Assembly (NCBI GenBank): GCA_963693365.1
Contig: CAVNZM010000007.1
Span: 2,651,979-2,715,978 of the forward strand
Source of the DNA: Amoebidium appalachense
Lineage: Eukaryota; Protista; Ichthyosporea
Direction of reading: 5' to 3'
DNA: 64,000 nucleotides
The first letter of the stretch is position 1. Each line of letters starts with the position of its first letter. Shown here piece by piece: positions 14,489 through 29,702 of this stretch. The translations under genes were made by a program, and so were the position numbers. A model generated the notes under the pieces. That model did no database searches. It worked only from the letters and a program-made list of their open reading frames with translations, and was not told the DNA's origin.

Positions 14489-15722
14489 AGGAATCGCCCG
14501 CCATGAGCCAAAAGTGCGCAAGCAACATTCCGAAGGTTGTACGTGGGCCCGTGGGGGCTCAGCCCGGCTCAGTCAGTGCCGCCCTGCCGCTTGTCCCATC
14601 CCTACTAATCGATTACTAGTTTCCCTGTATGCAACACCTTCAGAGCCCATATTTCTGTTTATGCGTGCATATACATATAGCGCGTCGCTGAAGGAAAAGA
14701 TGTGGCCTTCGAAGTGAAGAGGAGATCCCCCACTTCGCCATCACACAAACCGCCGCAACGTTTCAGGAATCAGTCAAAAACAGTCATGTTGAAAACGGAC
14801 CTTGATGGAGAGCAATAAAGTCCTTCCCTATTGGATTAATTTGTCGAACCTTGGAGTGAGGTAAACGTGTAGCCCGTCGACATATCTTTAGACCATAATG
14901 CTATTATATTAGTTGTAGCTACCATGACTGCACATGCTAATAATTAGTCGTATTATACAGTTTTATTAATTTAGTTAGCATACATACTGATGACCGAGCT
15001 TTTGTTGTGTGACTTTATTTTGTTAACACATCGGATAGTTTTAGTGCATTCAACTTGTTATGCTTCCCGTTTGCCCCCCCCTCCACCGTTTTGTGTACAT
15101 AAGTCGTGCACACCCCGCAGTCCCGCACCCGATGAAAGCCATGGCCAACTCATGAAGAACCCATGCTCCCGCCCCCTACAATTTTCTGTCGCAAGAATAA
15201 AGGACAGGCGTGTGGCATCTTTTGGAATAGTCATTGCACGGGAAAACCCCCGAACTCAGACATGCCTTCATGTACTCATCTGGTGAGTGAGGCACGCGTG
15301 CCCTTCGGAATTCAAAGCATGCCTCTACGAAAAACGACCCGCCCAATACAGGAATAAAACCACTGCAAACCCCTGCCCTTCCCACCCGAAAGGGGGAGAG
15401 AGGGGGGGAGGGAGAGGGGGGGGGGAGGGGGAGGGACGGGGAGACAGGGAGGAAGGGGGGGGGGAGGGAGGGGGGGACACAACGAGCCACCACACAAACA
15501 TACAAATTAAACAGAACCGCACAGCCTGCCAGCACACGCGCTCACGCACACGCGCCTGACTATTGTACACTTCATGTGTCTGTTTTCTTGCCCTCTCTCT
15601 TTTTCCTCTCTTACCTGTTTGAGTGTGTTGGGAGGCCGCTCCATTGTAGTGCATCATAACCTGAGTGTACCTCGAGTTTGCTGCAGTTCACTTGAAGTCA
15701 CACCGTGAATGTGTCACTCCAG

Positions 15723-15785
<63 letters not shown>

Positions 15786-15979
15786 AAAAAAAAAAAAGAA
15801 ATAAAAACGAGAAAGAAAAAAAAAAGAAGGAGAGGATGAAATTATGATGTAAAGTTAGGGGGAGCAGGGGATTGGGTTTTTTGAAAGAAGAGACTGGGGC
15901 CCCGAGGGGGGGAGGGGGGAAGGGGGCGGGGGGGGGAGGGGGGGGGGGGGGGGAGAGGGGGAGGAGAGAGAGAGGGGAA

Positions 15980-16017
<38 letters not shown>

Positions 16018-16082
16018 GTTAAGACTCGGTCTCAGACTCGATAGGGAGAACGATTGTGGGTAGAAAGGCGTGTGTGTGTGTG

Positions 16083-16113
<31 letters not shown>

Positions 16114-16152
16114 AGAAAGAACAAATTTGGAAGGGAAGCGGGGAGGGGAGGG

Positions 16153-16184
<32 letters not shown>

Positions 16185-16394
16185 AGGGAGGGAGGAGGGG
16201 GTTAACGTGTCTTCGTGACCTCAAAAAGTTTCAAACTTCCCCGTGATTCATCGAATTTTTACAAGCACCGTTCCTTCCATCCTCCCTCCCTTCTTCCCCC
16301 ACTCCACCCTCCCCCCCCCCCCCCCCCCCCCCCCCCCATTCCGACTCCCTCTGCCTCATCACACACAAAGGACATTGTGGCACACTTCCAGCTC

Positions 16395-16440
<46 letters not shown>

Positions 16441-16842
16441 AAAGAAAACAACAAAAAAAAAAAAAAAAGACCACAGCCATGTTCTCATTCAAATGAACCG
16501 TATGGCTATGTCATGGCAACTATTTGCACCTGGACTTAGAAGTTTCTGATGATATTACGTGATGTGCATCGACGACCTACCTAAGCAACGATGCCACTTG
16601 AAGAGTGCAATGTGTTTTGTGCATGGCAGAAATATGGGTCTGTAAAAGTTTTGTGCAGTGTGTGTGTGTGTACGCGTGTGTGTTACTCACTTTATGTGTG
16701 TTATCAACTTGTGAATGTAATCGCGGGTGAATGTTGAGATCCTGAGGAGTTTGCTGTTTTTTTTTAGTTTTTTTTTTTTAGTTTGTTTGTTTGTTTGTTT
16801 GTTTGTTTGTTTTTTTTCATTATTTTTTTCTTTTCTTTCTTT

Positions 16843-16879
<37 letters not shown>

Positions 16880-17408
16880 CTTTCTTTCTGTGTAAGTTTT
16901 TGCTTTTACCCTTTCATTCACATCCCAAGCTTACAGTATTCCATACCGGGTTCGTCGTCTTTGGGTGGATGTCCACACCAGGTGATAAATGTGTCTCGTA
17001 CAAATCCCCCCCCCCCCCCCCCCCCCCTTGCCCCCTCCCCTCCCCCCCTCCCCCGAGGGGCACCGGAGGGGGGGGGGGGGGGTTTGAGGCTGGGGGTGTG
17101 TGGTGGTGGTGGTTGTGGAGAGGGCCCCGGGGAGGGGGGGGGGGGGGGGAGAAGGGGGGAGTTGGGGGAGGGAGGGGCGGGGAGGAGGGGGTGAGGGGGT
17201 GAGGAGGGGGGGGGGGGGGGGGGAGGCAGCAAGCCTGGGTACCGGAGGCGTAGTGGTAACTCTTCTTTCTTTCAATTTTTTTTTTTTTGGTTTGTTTGTT
17301 TCTGTCTTTCCCCCCTTTTTTTTTTTTTTTTTTTTTTTTTTTGGTGGGGGGTGGGGGGGGGGGGGGGGGGGGGGGAAGGGGGGTGAGTGTGTGTTGTGTG
17401 GTGGTGGT

Positions 17409-17449
<41 letters not shown>

Positions 17450-19054
17450 GGCCTCTCTGAGGGAGGGGAGGGGGTTTATTGGGAAGGGGACCTTTTGCAG
17501 GAGAGTGGAGGTTGGGAAGGAGGTCTTTTGTTGGGTTGAGGGGGGGGGGGGAAGGACGTGCGCAGGCAGCCTGAGGTGCTATTATACTATGATGAATAGT
17601 AGGGGACATTTTCTGGACCCCGGAAGTAACAAATGTCCCAGTGTGTGCACAGAGAATGGCCGAGCTATTCAGTGCAGTGCAGCCTGTCTCTTGGCGAATC
17701 AGGAACGTGTTTTAAATTTTAACTGCTCAGTCGGTATATGCCTAAGCGAGTTCTTGCTAAAAAAAAAAAAATGAATCGAAAACTTAAAAAACAGGCAGGA
17801 TCTTTTATGTAGCTCTGCACTGTGTATGTTTGCACCGTAGACTACTTTAAAACAGTAAAGGTATATGTAGAATTCTTAATCAAGTACAATAATTTTTCAG
17901 CGCATATTCCATGCCCCCACCCATAAGAAAGGCGGCCAGTGGAATATGACGTCATTAAACGTAACCTTAGTCGGGAAAAGATAAATTTGGCCCAGGTAGC
18001 AGTGTGGTCACAAAAACGTGGCAGACTAAGTTGCTAACACCTCATATAGAGCGAAGAACAACTGATGTACCCATGCCGGGGGGGGGGGGGGGGGGGGGGG
18101 GAGGGAAGGGGGGGGGGGGGGGGGGGGGGGAAGAGGAGGAAGAGGGGGGGGGGGGGGGGGAAGAATTTAAAGGGGAAGACAAACCTTCAGGGAGATTTTA
18201 GAGGTTGGAGTTTAAGGTCTAAGAATTGTGACCTACTCTTGAGAATCAGGGGTCGCTGCAGTTGACAAATAATCTCCTTACACAGTCAAAGTTTCCCACA
18301 AACAATCCCGAATTCGTGAGATTCGTTGAGGTTACCTATACAGATGCCGGCACAAGTCGATCATCTGGGTGGCCGGATCTAATTTATTCTTTGTTTTACA
18401 TGATAGAGAGCTGAAGAAGATTTGTTTATAGCAAACAAAGCCTTGCACGGACATATGTGCGTGGCTGGAGTGTAGGTCGGAGAAGGCATGGGGAACCGCA
18501 TGCACCGGTATCACCATCTATCTACACTGCACATATGTACTGCCTCATGTGTCCTTTGTGCTAACATCGGTGAACTGGCGTGCCCGTGCCCTTGCGCCGG
18601 CTATTTACAGGTTTCTTTCTAAAGAATTCTAGTTAGTCCCTGCATGGTTTCGCACCATGGGTAAACTCAGTTAGCCCATATGTTTCTAGAAGTGTGAAAA
18701 TGGCTGCCCCAATGAGTAACGCTGAAAGAAAATTGTTCGAGCATGATATATCGTTTATAAAACACAGTCAATGCTCCATTCTCCATCATCAAGCACACCA
18801 TGTGTTAATTTGGGGGTCGGCTAATGGCATGAAACGAAAAAGGGTTTCGGTGTTCTTTTCAGTCACTTATAAAGTGTTCGTGGTGAAGCCTTCTCCCGTG
18901 TTATGCCCCTTGGGTAACACTTCGTTAGTGCCATGTACTTAACACAAGCACGAGAACCGACTTCACACCTCAGCACCAACCCCCCCCCCCCCCTCCCCCC
19001 CCCCAAAAAAAAACAAACAAACACAATCTACTAAGTGGAACATCATTTCAAGCG

Positions 19055-19111
<57 letters not shown>

Positions 19112-19246
19112 CGTGCATGCGTGCGTGCGTGCGTGCGTGCGCTTGCGTGTGCATGACGTGTATTCATTTTATGCACACCACGTTAATATAAGGTCGATGT
19201 TTGCGCTGATTGTGCCTCATCGCCTCATTGCGGCATGTTACCCCCT

Positions 19247-19277
<31 letters not shown>

Positions 19278-19933
19278 ACCCCCTCCCCTTGTCCGTCCTC
19301 CCCCCCTCACACACCCACCCATACACACACCATTTTTTGCCTTTTCTTTGCGTCTTTCATAAAGTTCTTTCTCTGCTTTGTTTTCGTCTCTTCTCGGGGG
19401 GGAGGGAGGAGAGCCGGCGGGGGGAGGGGGGGGGGGGGGGGAATAGGGGGGATTGAAAGGGAGAGACCGCTGGTGGGGACGGAGAGAGACAGGGGTAGTG
19501 TCAGGACGCGTGGGACGGGGGGAGATTTTGTGGAGGGTGGGGGGGGGGGGGGGGGGGGGGGGAGGGGGTTAGGGGAAGAGGGTGGGGGGGGAGGGGGGGA
19601 GGGGGGGGGAGGGGAGAGGGCAGGTAAGAGGGCCTGTGCAGGCACCTCGGAATGTGAAAGGCTAGATAGAAGTATAAAGTGTGTGTATTTTACGCATGTA
19701 CATGTGTGTGCACGGGTTGACCGCTTTGGGGTGTTTTTTTTTCTCCCCCTCTTTGGGGCCCACGGAGGGTAAGGGGGGGAGGGGGGGAGGGGGGGAGGGC
19801 AGTGTCGAACCAGTATTTTTGATCAAGTATGGTCTGGCCCGCCCTTCATGCATGATCCTCACATTCACTGCCTCGAGACCTCCCCCCTCCCCCCCCCCCC
19901 CCCCCGCAACACACACACACACGCTCACAGTGT

Positions 19934-19992
<59 letters not shown>

Positions 19993-20028
19993 TCATACAC
20001 ACACACACACACGCACACACGCACACAC

Positions 20029-20064
<36 letters not shown>

Positions 20065-20254
20065 GCGCGCGCACACACACGCACACACACGCACACACAC
20101 ACACATACGCCCGCGCACACATGTTACGGTACACGCCTGCGCGTGCACACACGCACACACGCACACACGCACACACATACAAACACACACAAAACACACA
20201 CACACACATACTGACACATGCACACGGATCCACACACATACAGGCACGCACACG

Positions 20255-20360
<106 letters not shown>

Positions 20361-20403
20361 CCTACACACATACAGGCGGGTGCACGCGTGCAAGCGTGCA
20401 CAC

Positions 20404-20491
<88 letters not shown>

Positions 20492-21562
20492 AGACACATG
20501 TGCACACAGACGCCAATACACACGCAAATGCGCACACACTCACAGTGTGACACACACACACACACACACACAGCGTCACAAACACATACCGACACACGCA
20601 CACACACTCACACTCACACACTCACACACACACACACGCACGCACACACGCACACACATTTACAAAGAGATCATAGACTAAGTATTCTCTCCCGGTTTGG
20701 CTCCGCAGAAGTGAATCCGTTAAAAGAACTACCGTCTTTCACCGCTGGAGCACCGACTGTACCCTAGCTGGGGTGCTAACAGTTCACTCAGTTATGTAAG
20801 CTGACACACCCTTACAGACTTATAATTTGGACTACTGGTGCTAGTAACACCGTAGGCTAAGCCCAGGGGGCTTGCCCGTGGATGGCCACGTTCACCGCAG
20901 CACAGCCTTTCGATTGGACCCGATTCCAGGTGATCTGCCTTATTCATTCCTCTCCCCCCCCCCCCCCCCCCCTCCCCCTCCCCCCTCCCCCCTCCCCCCC
21001 CCCCCCCCACCACCACCACAACCATCATAACCACCACCACCACCACCACGCACACACACACACACACACACTTCTCCTCCCCTCTGCTCCTCATTCCCCC
21101 AATTCCCAACCCAATCTCTCACGGTCCTCCCACTCCAACCCTACGTGAATTACACCCCCCCCTCTCCCCTTCCCCCCCTCCCCCCGCCTACCCTTCCTCC
21201 CCCCCCCCCCACCCCCCCTCCTCCGGGGGCTCCTCCTACATAGCTACTCTATACATGTACACTAGTAACATGTACTCAAAGAATATCCCACGGTCTTTCA
21301 GGCCTTTTACGAGTAAATTCACCCCAACGGTTTCTCCAGCAAAAAAAAAAAAAAAAATTGTTACTGAGTCTGCGCCGCACGGAACTGCTTTGGAAAAGCA
21401 ATAACTCGGTCGACTGGTCAGGGAACAGGCTGAACACTGAGGCTGCCAGGCATTCTCCATGCGTACTGACAACTATTACTATTTTTACCTTTTGTAAGCA
21501 GCGCGATACTTTACTACATATATTAAGGGGCCAACCACATTGGCATAGTCAACTTTCAAACC

Positions 21563-21996
21563 GCAGAATTATTCTGCTTCTTGCAGCATTATTCTGCAAA
21601 AAGTAGAATTATTCTGCACTGAGCAGAATCAACCTGCTCTTGGCACAATTATTCCGCAAAAGCAGAGACTCTGCTTTTAGCATTTTTTGGCAGAATTTTG
21701 CCGCAAAAAGTAGAATTATTCTGCTTTCGACAGCAGAATAACTCTGCTTATAGCAGAATAATTCTGCATTTGGCAGATGATTCTGCTTTTAGCAAATTAA
21801 TGGATTCTAGAGCTGTTTGCAGAATGATTCTGCCAGTCAAGAGAACAATTCTGCTTTTGCAGAATAATTCTGCAGAATCTGCTGAATCATTCTGCTTTTG
21901 CTGAATAATTCTGTTTTTGCTGAATAATAACTCAGCTTTTGCTGAATAATGCTGCTTTAAGCAGAATATTTCTGCTTTTTGCGAAATCATTCTGCT
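21563..21996. repeat. Tandem array of roughly 20 palindromic GCAGAAT(A/T)ATTCTGC units
   Basis: Diverged 15-bp self-complementary units separated by short (about 3-7 nt) variable linkers. Confidence 0.9.
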
Positions 21997-22144
21997 CGAA
22001 GCAAGTTGACTCAGCCGATGTGGTTGGGCTCCCTAGCACTGTATATGTCGTCTTTAAATGGGTACCAACTTTTCACATCTCCTCACCTAACATATTAGTT
22101 CAGTTTGATGCTCCCTCCTCCCCAGCTCCCCCCCCCCCCCCCCT

Positions 22145-22175
<31 letters not shown>

Positions 22176-22289
22176 ACAAACAAACAAACACACACACACA
22201 CAAACCACCACCGCCACCCATCGCCACCCACCCACCCACCCGCCCAGTGCCCATTCACGGCCACCCACCCACACAACCCCCCGGGCCCC

Positions 22290-22334
<45 letters not shown>

Positions 22335-22452
22335 CGCCCTCCCCCCCCCCCCCCCCCCCAAATCCACAAATACACACACACACATTGTACGGTACACACA
22401 CATGCACACACACTGACACACACACACTGCACACACACACACGTACACGCGA

Positions 22453-22540
<88 letters not shown>

Positions 22541-22621
22541 ACGCACACACGCACACGCACACACGCACACATGCACGCACGCGCAAACACAGTGTCACAC
22601 CCACACACACACAAATTCACA

Positions 22622-22752
<131 letters not shown>

Positions 22753-23137
22753 GCACGCACACACACGCACGCTGCATGCATGCGCATAGTCTTCTACTGT
22801 AGTACGATCTGATTCAAAAGCACCCTCTCCTTCCGAGGAATATGATCCGGACTTTGACATATTCGAGCCTCCTGGTGTCACGGAAACTTACATATCAAAT
22901 TCCGGCTACCGATAACTACTACACACCATTTAACAACAAGGAGCAATGCACGTAGGTTGTACGCTCTTGATACCCCGGGCCTTCAAAGCATCAGGACTCA
23001 AGAGAAGTGCAGTACTCCTGCCAGTCATGGTCAGTCGATTTAGAAGGCTATTACTTGTTTTGTCTCATATTTGACATAATATGGCTCATTAGGCATTTTT
23101 GAATTTGAAATGTGGGGGTGGGCAGTAGTAAGTATTG

Positions 23138-23312
23138 AGGTCCCCCCTGGTGGTGGGTCCCCCCTTCCCACCTGGGGTGGGGGAGGGACCCACCTGTTCG
23201 AGGGGGTGGTCCTCCCTAGGCTGACCACCGGGGTGGTGGGTGCCCCCCCCCTTCTCCCCCCCCTCCGGGGGGAGGGGGACCCACCTCTTTGGTGGGGTGG
23301 TGGGTCCCCCCT
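23138..23312. repeat. GC-rich cluster of GGTGGTGGGTCCCC / GGGACCCACC direct and inverted units
   Basis: The motif occurs three times forward and twice as a reverse complement. Confidence 0.55.
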
Positions 23313-23426
23313 CCCCCCCCCCCCCTCCCCCTCCCCCCCCCCCCCCCCCCCGCGGGGAGCCCGACGGGACCCTCCGCGCCGGCCGCGGCTGCGCACCTTC
23401 TCAATGTTTCTGGGAGGCTCGCCCCT

Positions 23427-23467
<41 letters not shown>

Positions 23468-24821
23468 CCTTTCTCATCCACCCGTGCCCATCACGTACCA
23501 ACATTAGCTGTTTGTCCTAAGTCTTCTTCTTCTTCTGCATCGTACCGGTACCACGAGCTCGCTTGACCGGTGTGCGCATGTATTGCCGTGTTTTTTATGC
23601 TTTGAGGGCCCTCATCTAGCAAACAAACATGAAAAGAAACGATACCTCTTTATACATAGGTTTCGGGTTCCCTTACTGGCTATGTTCTCCGGTTTGACTT
23701 GGGCAAGTTGGGAAGCCGCAGGCCCGCAGCAGCTGGATCTACTGAGGTATTCACGTGGATGCCAATGTATAGATCAACCAATTATACATGTTAAATCTGG
23801 AGACCACAAAGCGGAATAGATGTGATGTGATGTAGCACTAATCAAAATGCAACAGACCTTCGAGGATCTTCCAGTAGCTGACCGACTTTCACTAGGTCTG
23901 CGCTTTGCATAGAAGAAATGGCACGTCTAGAACGCACGAATCCGATGAAATATTTAAAGGAATATTACTAAAATATTTAAAGGAATATTACTCATTGCTT
24001 TTGTATATTCCATGCAGGCTTCATGAACTGTCTGATATAATCAGGAGCCGGTATATTTCAAGTAGGCATATCGACTATTGTCCGGCCGCGCACCGGGGCG
24101 TAAGTTGAAGACTATGATTCTAGCTCCCTATAAACTCCGAGGCCATCCAGACCCGCTAATTTCTAAAAATGTCAATGTTTAGAAACAACAATTGCTTCCT
24201 GAATCCTGCAAGACTTCAAGTTCAAGTTCCATAAAAGATGTGTTGCAGCTATAATGTTGTGAAATAAATTGGATTTACGCTTGCTAATTTTGTTCATTCT
24301 GGTGTCTATATTTCAAAGAGTTTACAATATTATGCTATAGAGTATACAATTTTATACTATAATAATAGTTTGGACAGCACACTCTTCAGCAAAATGTCTG
24401 CTCACGGGGGATATATTCAACATGGTCATGCCAATTGCTAGCAAAACCTCCCGCTATTTAATTGGCTGCACACGATCATGACATCTTTGTTCACATCGCG
24501 AGGGTATAAAACGGATCGTCGCCATTCCACGTGGGTCAGTCTGCCTGTTTGTTTTTTTTTCTTCGGCCGGCAGTGTTTTTATTCCCCACCCTCCGTCGCT
24601 CTCTCCCCAATCCTCTTTAAAAACACTACAGTGGGCTACCAGTGTACGCTGTGACTATCTCCGCAGGTATCAGACTGTAAATAACTTGATTTCTTTGAGC
24701 AGCTTGGTTCTGTGCTAGCCGAGTACTTCCTTTGACAATTGACCAGCCAGGATTTGAGTCCTCCAGCCCAACTAATCGAAAGAGAATCACTTAGCGGCTC
24801 AACCACAAAATAAAAACGAAA

Positions 24822-25385
24822 ATGAATTGCACAATTAGCCCACAGATGATGACCCGCTTCAAGCTGGCAGCGGGGTGGATTCTCGTTTTGATCTACTGCC
24901 TTTATCTCTCCGGCCGTGCGTCGACATGGGCGACAGGAGTAAACAGCGACCCTGCGGCCGCCGGTCTTTCTCTCGCTCTGTGTTGGGCTTCCTTCGTTTT
25001 GTGCTTCATTCTGGGAGTTTGGCTGATGCCAGTGTGGTATGTTGCAGTCCCCAAAATTACCGGGACGTCGACGGGGGAGACAAACGGCGGCTCGACAGAT
25101 ACGAGTGTTCTGACAAACGACAACATGAACGCAAACACACGCCCAAGGTTCTGGCATTACTACGGGATGTGTTTCTTCATTGGACTTTTCAGCTACTGTG
25201 TGACTACTCTGGCTGAGAAATACCACAAGGTGAAGATTGGGACGATGGATTCTTGGCGGTGGATTGAATGGCTTATGCTTGCGATTGGTGTTCTTGCTTT
25301 TGTTGCCACGGGACTGCTTGCTTTTATTATTGTTGCGCGTAGGCCTAGACACCCAGTTGCTTACCAGCAGTATCAGATGTCGTAA
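24822..25385 (+). CDS. Intronless 187-aa membrane protein with 4 predicted TM helices, family unknown
   Basis: Clean ATG-TAA ORF in repeat-free DNA, AAAATG start context, four hydrophobic segments with a T/G/N-rich loop, and TATAAAA at ~24505. Confidence 0.7.
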   Translation: MNCTISPQMMTRFKLAAGWILVLIYCLYLSGRASTWATGVNSDPAAAGLSLALCWASFVLCFILGVWLMPVWYVAVPKITGTSTGETNGGSTDTSVLTNDNMNANTRPRFWHYYGMCFFIGLFSYCVTTLAEKYHKVKIGTMDSWRWIEWLMLAIGVLAFVATGLLAFIIVARRPRHPVAYQQYQMS

Positions 25386-26439
25386 AGAAAAAAGGCATGT
25401 TTATGATGGAGACAATGAAAACCCTTTACTGAAGACCGTGATCAACGCATGTTATTCGAATTGCGCAGGCCGGTTATTCAGAGGTTAGTAAGTGTGTTGT
25501 GACATATTGCCGCTGAACCTCGGAATGATCAATTATCAATTTGTAGTAACTGTTTTAAATTGTGTGAGTTTTGCTGTCTATAAAGTTTGGACTTTTGAAG
25601 TTATGATATTGTGTCAAAATTGTATGTATGTGCCTTTCCCGTCTTGCACATTTCAACTGGTGTTTAGTTGTGGGACCTGAGTGTCGATGGTGAAAGTATG
25701 TTTTAGTCCGACTGCGTGTTTCAAAGTACAATATCATGCTTCCACACGGCTGCCGAAATGTGGGATGCCGTGGTGAATTTAGATTCAGAAATTGCAATAT
25801 TCACCAGGCCAGTGTGCCTGTGATTTTTCCTTCTTTTGGTTTTATAATTGAATTACTTGCAGCCTGATGAAGAAGAATAAATGGTACCGCTATCTGCCTG
25901 CCCAGTACCGACCACCATGTGACCATAATGTGCCTCTGCAGATATTGAATTTCGGCTCAGTCTGAGTTTTCCTCCCCGTTATGATTCAATCGTGGCGGGG
26001 CCCAAAGAAAAGAGGGGCAGGCAGCGAGAGGGAAGAGGGCGGGGGGTAGGGGTGGGGGTGGTGGTGGTGGTAGTGGTGGTGGCGGGGGGGTGGGGGGGTG
26101 GGGGGGGGGGGGAATCCGATGCTGGTGTGTGCACGATGGTAGAGTGGGTGGTTTTTTTAAGGTCTGTTTTGGCAAGGCAAGGGAGGGCGGGGGGGGAGGG
26201 GGGGGGGGGGGGGGGGGGATGCTGGTGTGCGCAGGATGGTAGAGTGCCACTGGGTGGTAAGTCTGTTTCGGGAAGGAAAGGGAGCTGGAGGGCCCCGGGG
26301 GAGGGGGGGGAGGGGGGGGGAGGGGGAGGGGGGGGGGGGGGGGGGGGCTAAGGCTTCCCCCTCCCAATCAGCAATTCTGAGTATTTGTCTCCTCAGAGTA
26401 TCCTGCTGTTAGCTGGCGTGCAGGGTAGAATGAGAAGAA

Positions 26440-26492
<53 letters not shown>

Positions 26493-26659
26493 AAAAAAAA
26501 AAAAGAAAAAAAACCACCCCACTTCACCTTCCCTCTGTGTTCTGACCGGCAGGAGGCTGCTCCATGCTTAAACTAGCCTGAGCTGCTACAAAGGCTGTGC
26601 AATAGAGTCGGTAATTAGCTACGGATCTACCATTTACACTGCGCCCGCTCCCCTGGCCG

Positions 26660-26696
<37 letters not shown>

Positions 26697-26713
26697 CCCC
26701 AAACCACCACCAC

Positions 26714-26754
<41 letters not shown>

Positions 26755-26990
26755 CACGCAATGCACACACGCACACACAAAATGATCTGATTCCCCTGTC
26801 CTATTCCGGCAACCCCAATTTCAAATTACCTACTCAATCACTACCCTCTTTCTTCCCTTTCTCGGACTTGGTATATACCGAGGTGTGCCCCACCAAGCTT
26901 GGGTTACTCTGCTAGCTAAAGAGGGCTACCACTCACATGCCACACCGCGGTGACAAATGTTTAGTATATTTGCAACATGTTGCGACCAAC

Positions 26991-27036
<46 letters not shown>

Positions 27037-27177
27037 AAAAAAAAAAAAAAGAAAAAGAAAAAGAAAGAAACTGGAAAGAAAGAAGGAAGTAAAACAAAGA
27101 AACACAACCCTTTCCCGTCGTCTATCCCTATCCTTGAAGTTCCTGGAAGCTTCTTCTCGTTCAGCTCGGTGTACCAG

Positions 27178-27215
<38 letters not shown>

Positions 27216-28137
27216 ACCCCCACACCCACACAACAGAAAAAAAAAAAGAAAGAAAGAAAGAAAAGGAAAGAAAACAAAAGAAAATCATCCCCCCCCCCCC
27301 CCCCCCCCCCCCCGGGCCGCATCCTTCGTAGAAGCTTCTCCTTGTGCAGCTCGGTGCAACAGGTTCCCTCCCTCCCCCACCCCCCCCCTCATGTCATAGT
27401 CTGAAATACCCTTAGGGTCCAAGAAACGTCTTCCCCCCCCTAAAGGCTTCCTCGGTCGATGATAATAAAAAGCAAAAAGTCTCATGAAAAACAAATAAAA
27501 ACATTGAAAACCCCCACACGCGCACACACACACACACGTGCGCGCGCGCACGCGCGCGCGCGCGCGTAATCGTGCAGAAACACCAAAGCACCTGCATATA
27601 CACACAAGGCAACGATTTTACCCAGCAGCCCGGAACACGGAAAAAAAAAAAAAAAAAAAAAAGAAAAAGAATGTAATCTCGCCAAATTCGAGACAGCTGC
27701 CTCGAGTCACAGTCAAAAGACATCTCAGTTTTAGATTTTTAACACAGTTCAAAGTTTATTCATACATCTAACTTCTTACTTTCAGATTTATACTTCTTTG
27801 TTCTTCGCATTTTCAACCATTGGGGATAATGAGAAGTTGTAGGCCTAATAGTCCTAATCTATCTGGCCATGCCAAATCTAATTATTAATATTGTGGACCC
27901 CCAACACCGGCATATCTCTACCGTATTATAGGATAGATATTCAATTTCATCTGTGTCCAAACAGCCACACATATTCATTTAAAATTTTAAAACCAGCACT
28001 TGTTTGGATGCAAATCATGCATTTCTTCATCTCAAACCGGTACAATCCCCCTTTACCTTTGCTACCGCTTTACTAAGCTTGAGTTGGGCCAAAAGTAAGT
28101 TACTTGCAAAGGCAAGAAGGTGTACAGGCTGGTTATG

Positions 28138-28232
<95 letters not shown>

Positions 28233-28334
28233 CGTGGGCATGCACACATCACTGTGTTTGTGTCTAGCCTAACGCAAGTAGAGGAACATTTGGTCACCCC
28301 TCCCTGGGTTACCAATTATTTTGTCGTTTTCGTT

Positions 28335-29669
28335 TCAACGTGCAGGCAGAGACACGGGCATGCTATGGCTCCTAGCTCTAATATTAGTCCCGTGGGTTTC
28401 CCTTCCCGGCCTCGGCTGGCTTCCAGAAACAACCACCGTAAAGCAAGATGCCCATTGGCTGGAACTGTTGATCGCGTTCACCGATCGGCTAATCGGCTCG
28501 ATCGGGCGGGTCGGGGTACCTTTGCATGTGTATTGCAGGTTGGTGTTCATTTCGTACCGGAGTTGCAATACACGCTTGTGCGGGAGAGGCTTTTGGTTGG
28601 TTGGTGAAGGGGCGTTCTCAGGCAACGATTGGCTCGAAGTCACACTGCTCTCAATTGATTGGTTCGTATTGGCATCGGTTCTAGCAGGGAGGCGCCTGAT
28701 TGGTTGGGGTTGCTGCGTACGTGCGATAACCGAACGTAATTGGGTGGGGGAGAGAGACCTATCTCGCCCAAGTGCCGAGTTATTTAATGAGCCATCGCTA
28801 TTGGGCGGCAAAGTAACAACCGCCATTCCCGCCTGGGGACCTCGGCTGGCTAGAGCCCCTGTGAGTGGGTTGCGATATCTGTCCCACGCTGCACTTAAAA
28901 ACGTGCGTACTGCATGACAACACATAAATTCGGGATAGGATATAATTTTCTTCATGTATGCATCAAGCGCAAGGCGTCTTTTCTCGATGTAGTCAGGGTC
29001 GAATTTGATCCGTTTGAAAATTCGCCGTGAGGGGAGATAGAGGTCGTCCGTGATATGCGGAGGAAGCTCACGTACAATGGCGTGGTGTAGGTCGACAAAA
29101 TCGTTGTACCTGCGATGGATAGTCCAATGTTTTCCTTCGTACTGGCAATTCTGAAAAGAAAAAAAAAGTTGTAAGCATGTGATAATTTGACCCTGTTAGC
29201 TGTTATGAATTATTGTTTAACCATTAATTAATGGTATGATATCCGTGCAGAAATTAGCACTTTTGCACAAACGATGTTCTTTCTGGTAGCATGGTTACAG
29301 GCAGGTGAGTTTGGTGATGGGATTGTGCGCAAGTTACGCAAGTGTGTGTTGAACTAATCAAGAGATTTGTGCCAAGCTCCCGTGTGCACACGCTAATGCC
29401 ACTTTCAATCAGGTTGTTATGTTAGAAAAGAAAGTTTGCTTGTCCCATGACTGGCTCCATTTTTTCTTTCATTCATTCTTCCCTCCTTTCTTTCTTTCTT
29501 GCTTTTTGTTGGTTTTATATATATTTATTTTATCCCGTTTTGTTCCCGGAGGGACACCTTGGGCCCTCAGGGGGAACTACCGTCTTCCACCCAGCACCGA
29601 CAGTACTCTAGCTTGGGTGTTGCTTTTTGTTGGTGGTATATTACGCTTATGATCAGAACCGTGGGAGGT

Positions 29670-29702
<33 letters not shown>

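Noticed and set aside
21563-21996. CRISPR-like reading of the palindromic array
   Set aside because: Linkers are only a few nt, units are degenerate, the context is eukaryotic, and there are no cas genes.
24636-25352. 238-aa minus-strand ORF
   Set aside because: Antisense shadow of the 4-TM gene, with no recognisable features.
28321-28917. 198-aa plus-strand ORF
   Set aside because: Antisense shadow of the last exon of the PX gene.
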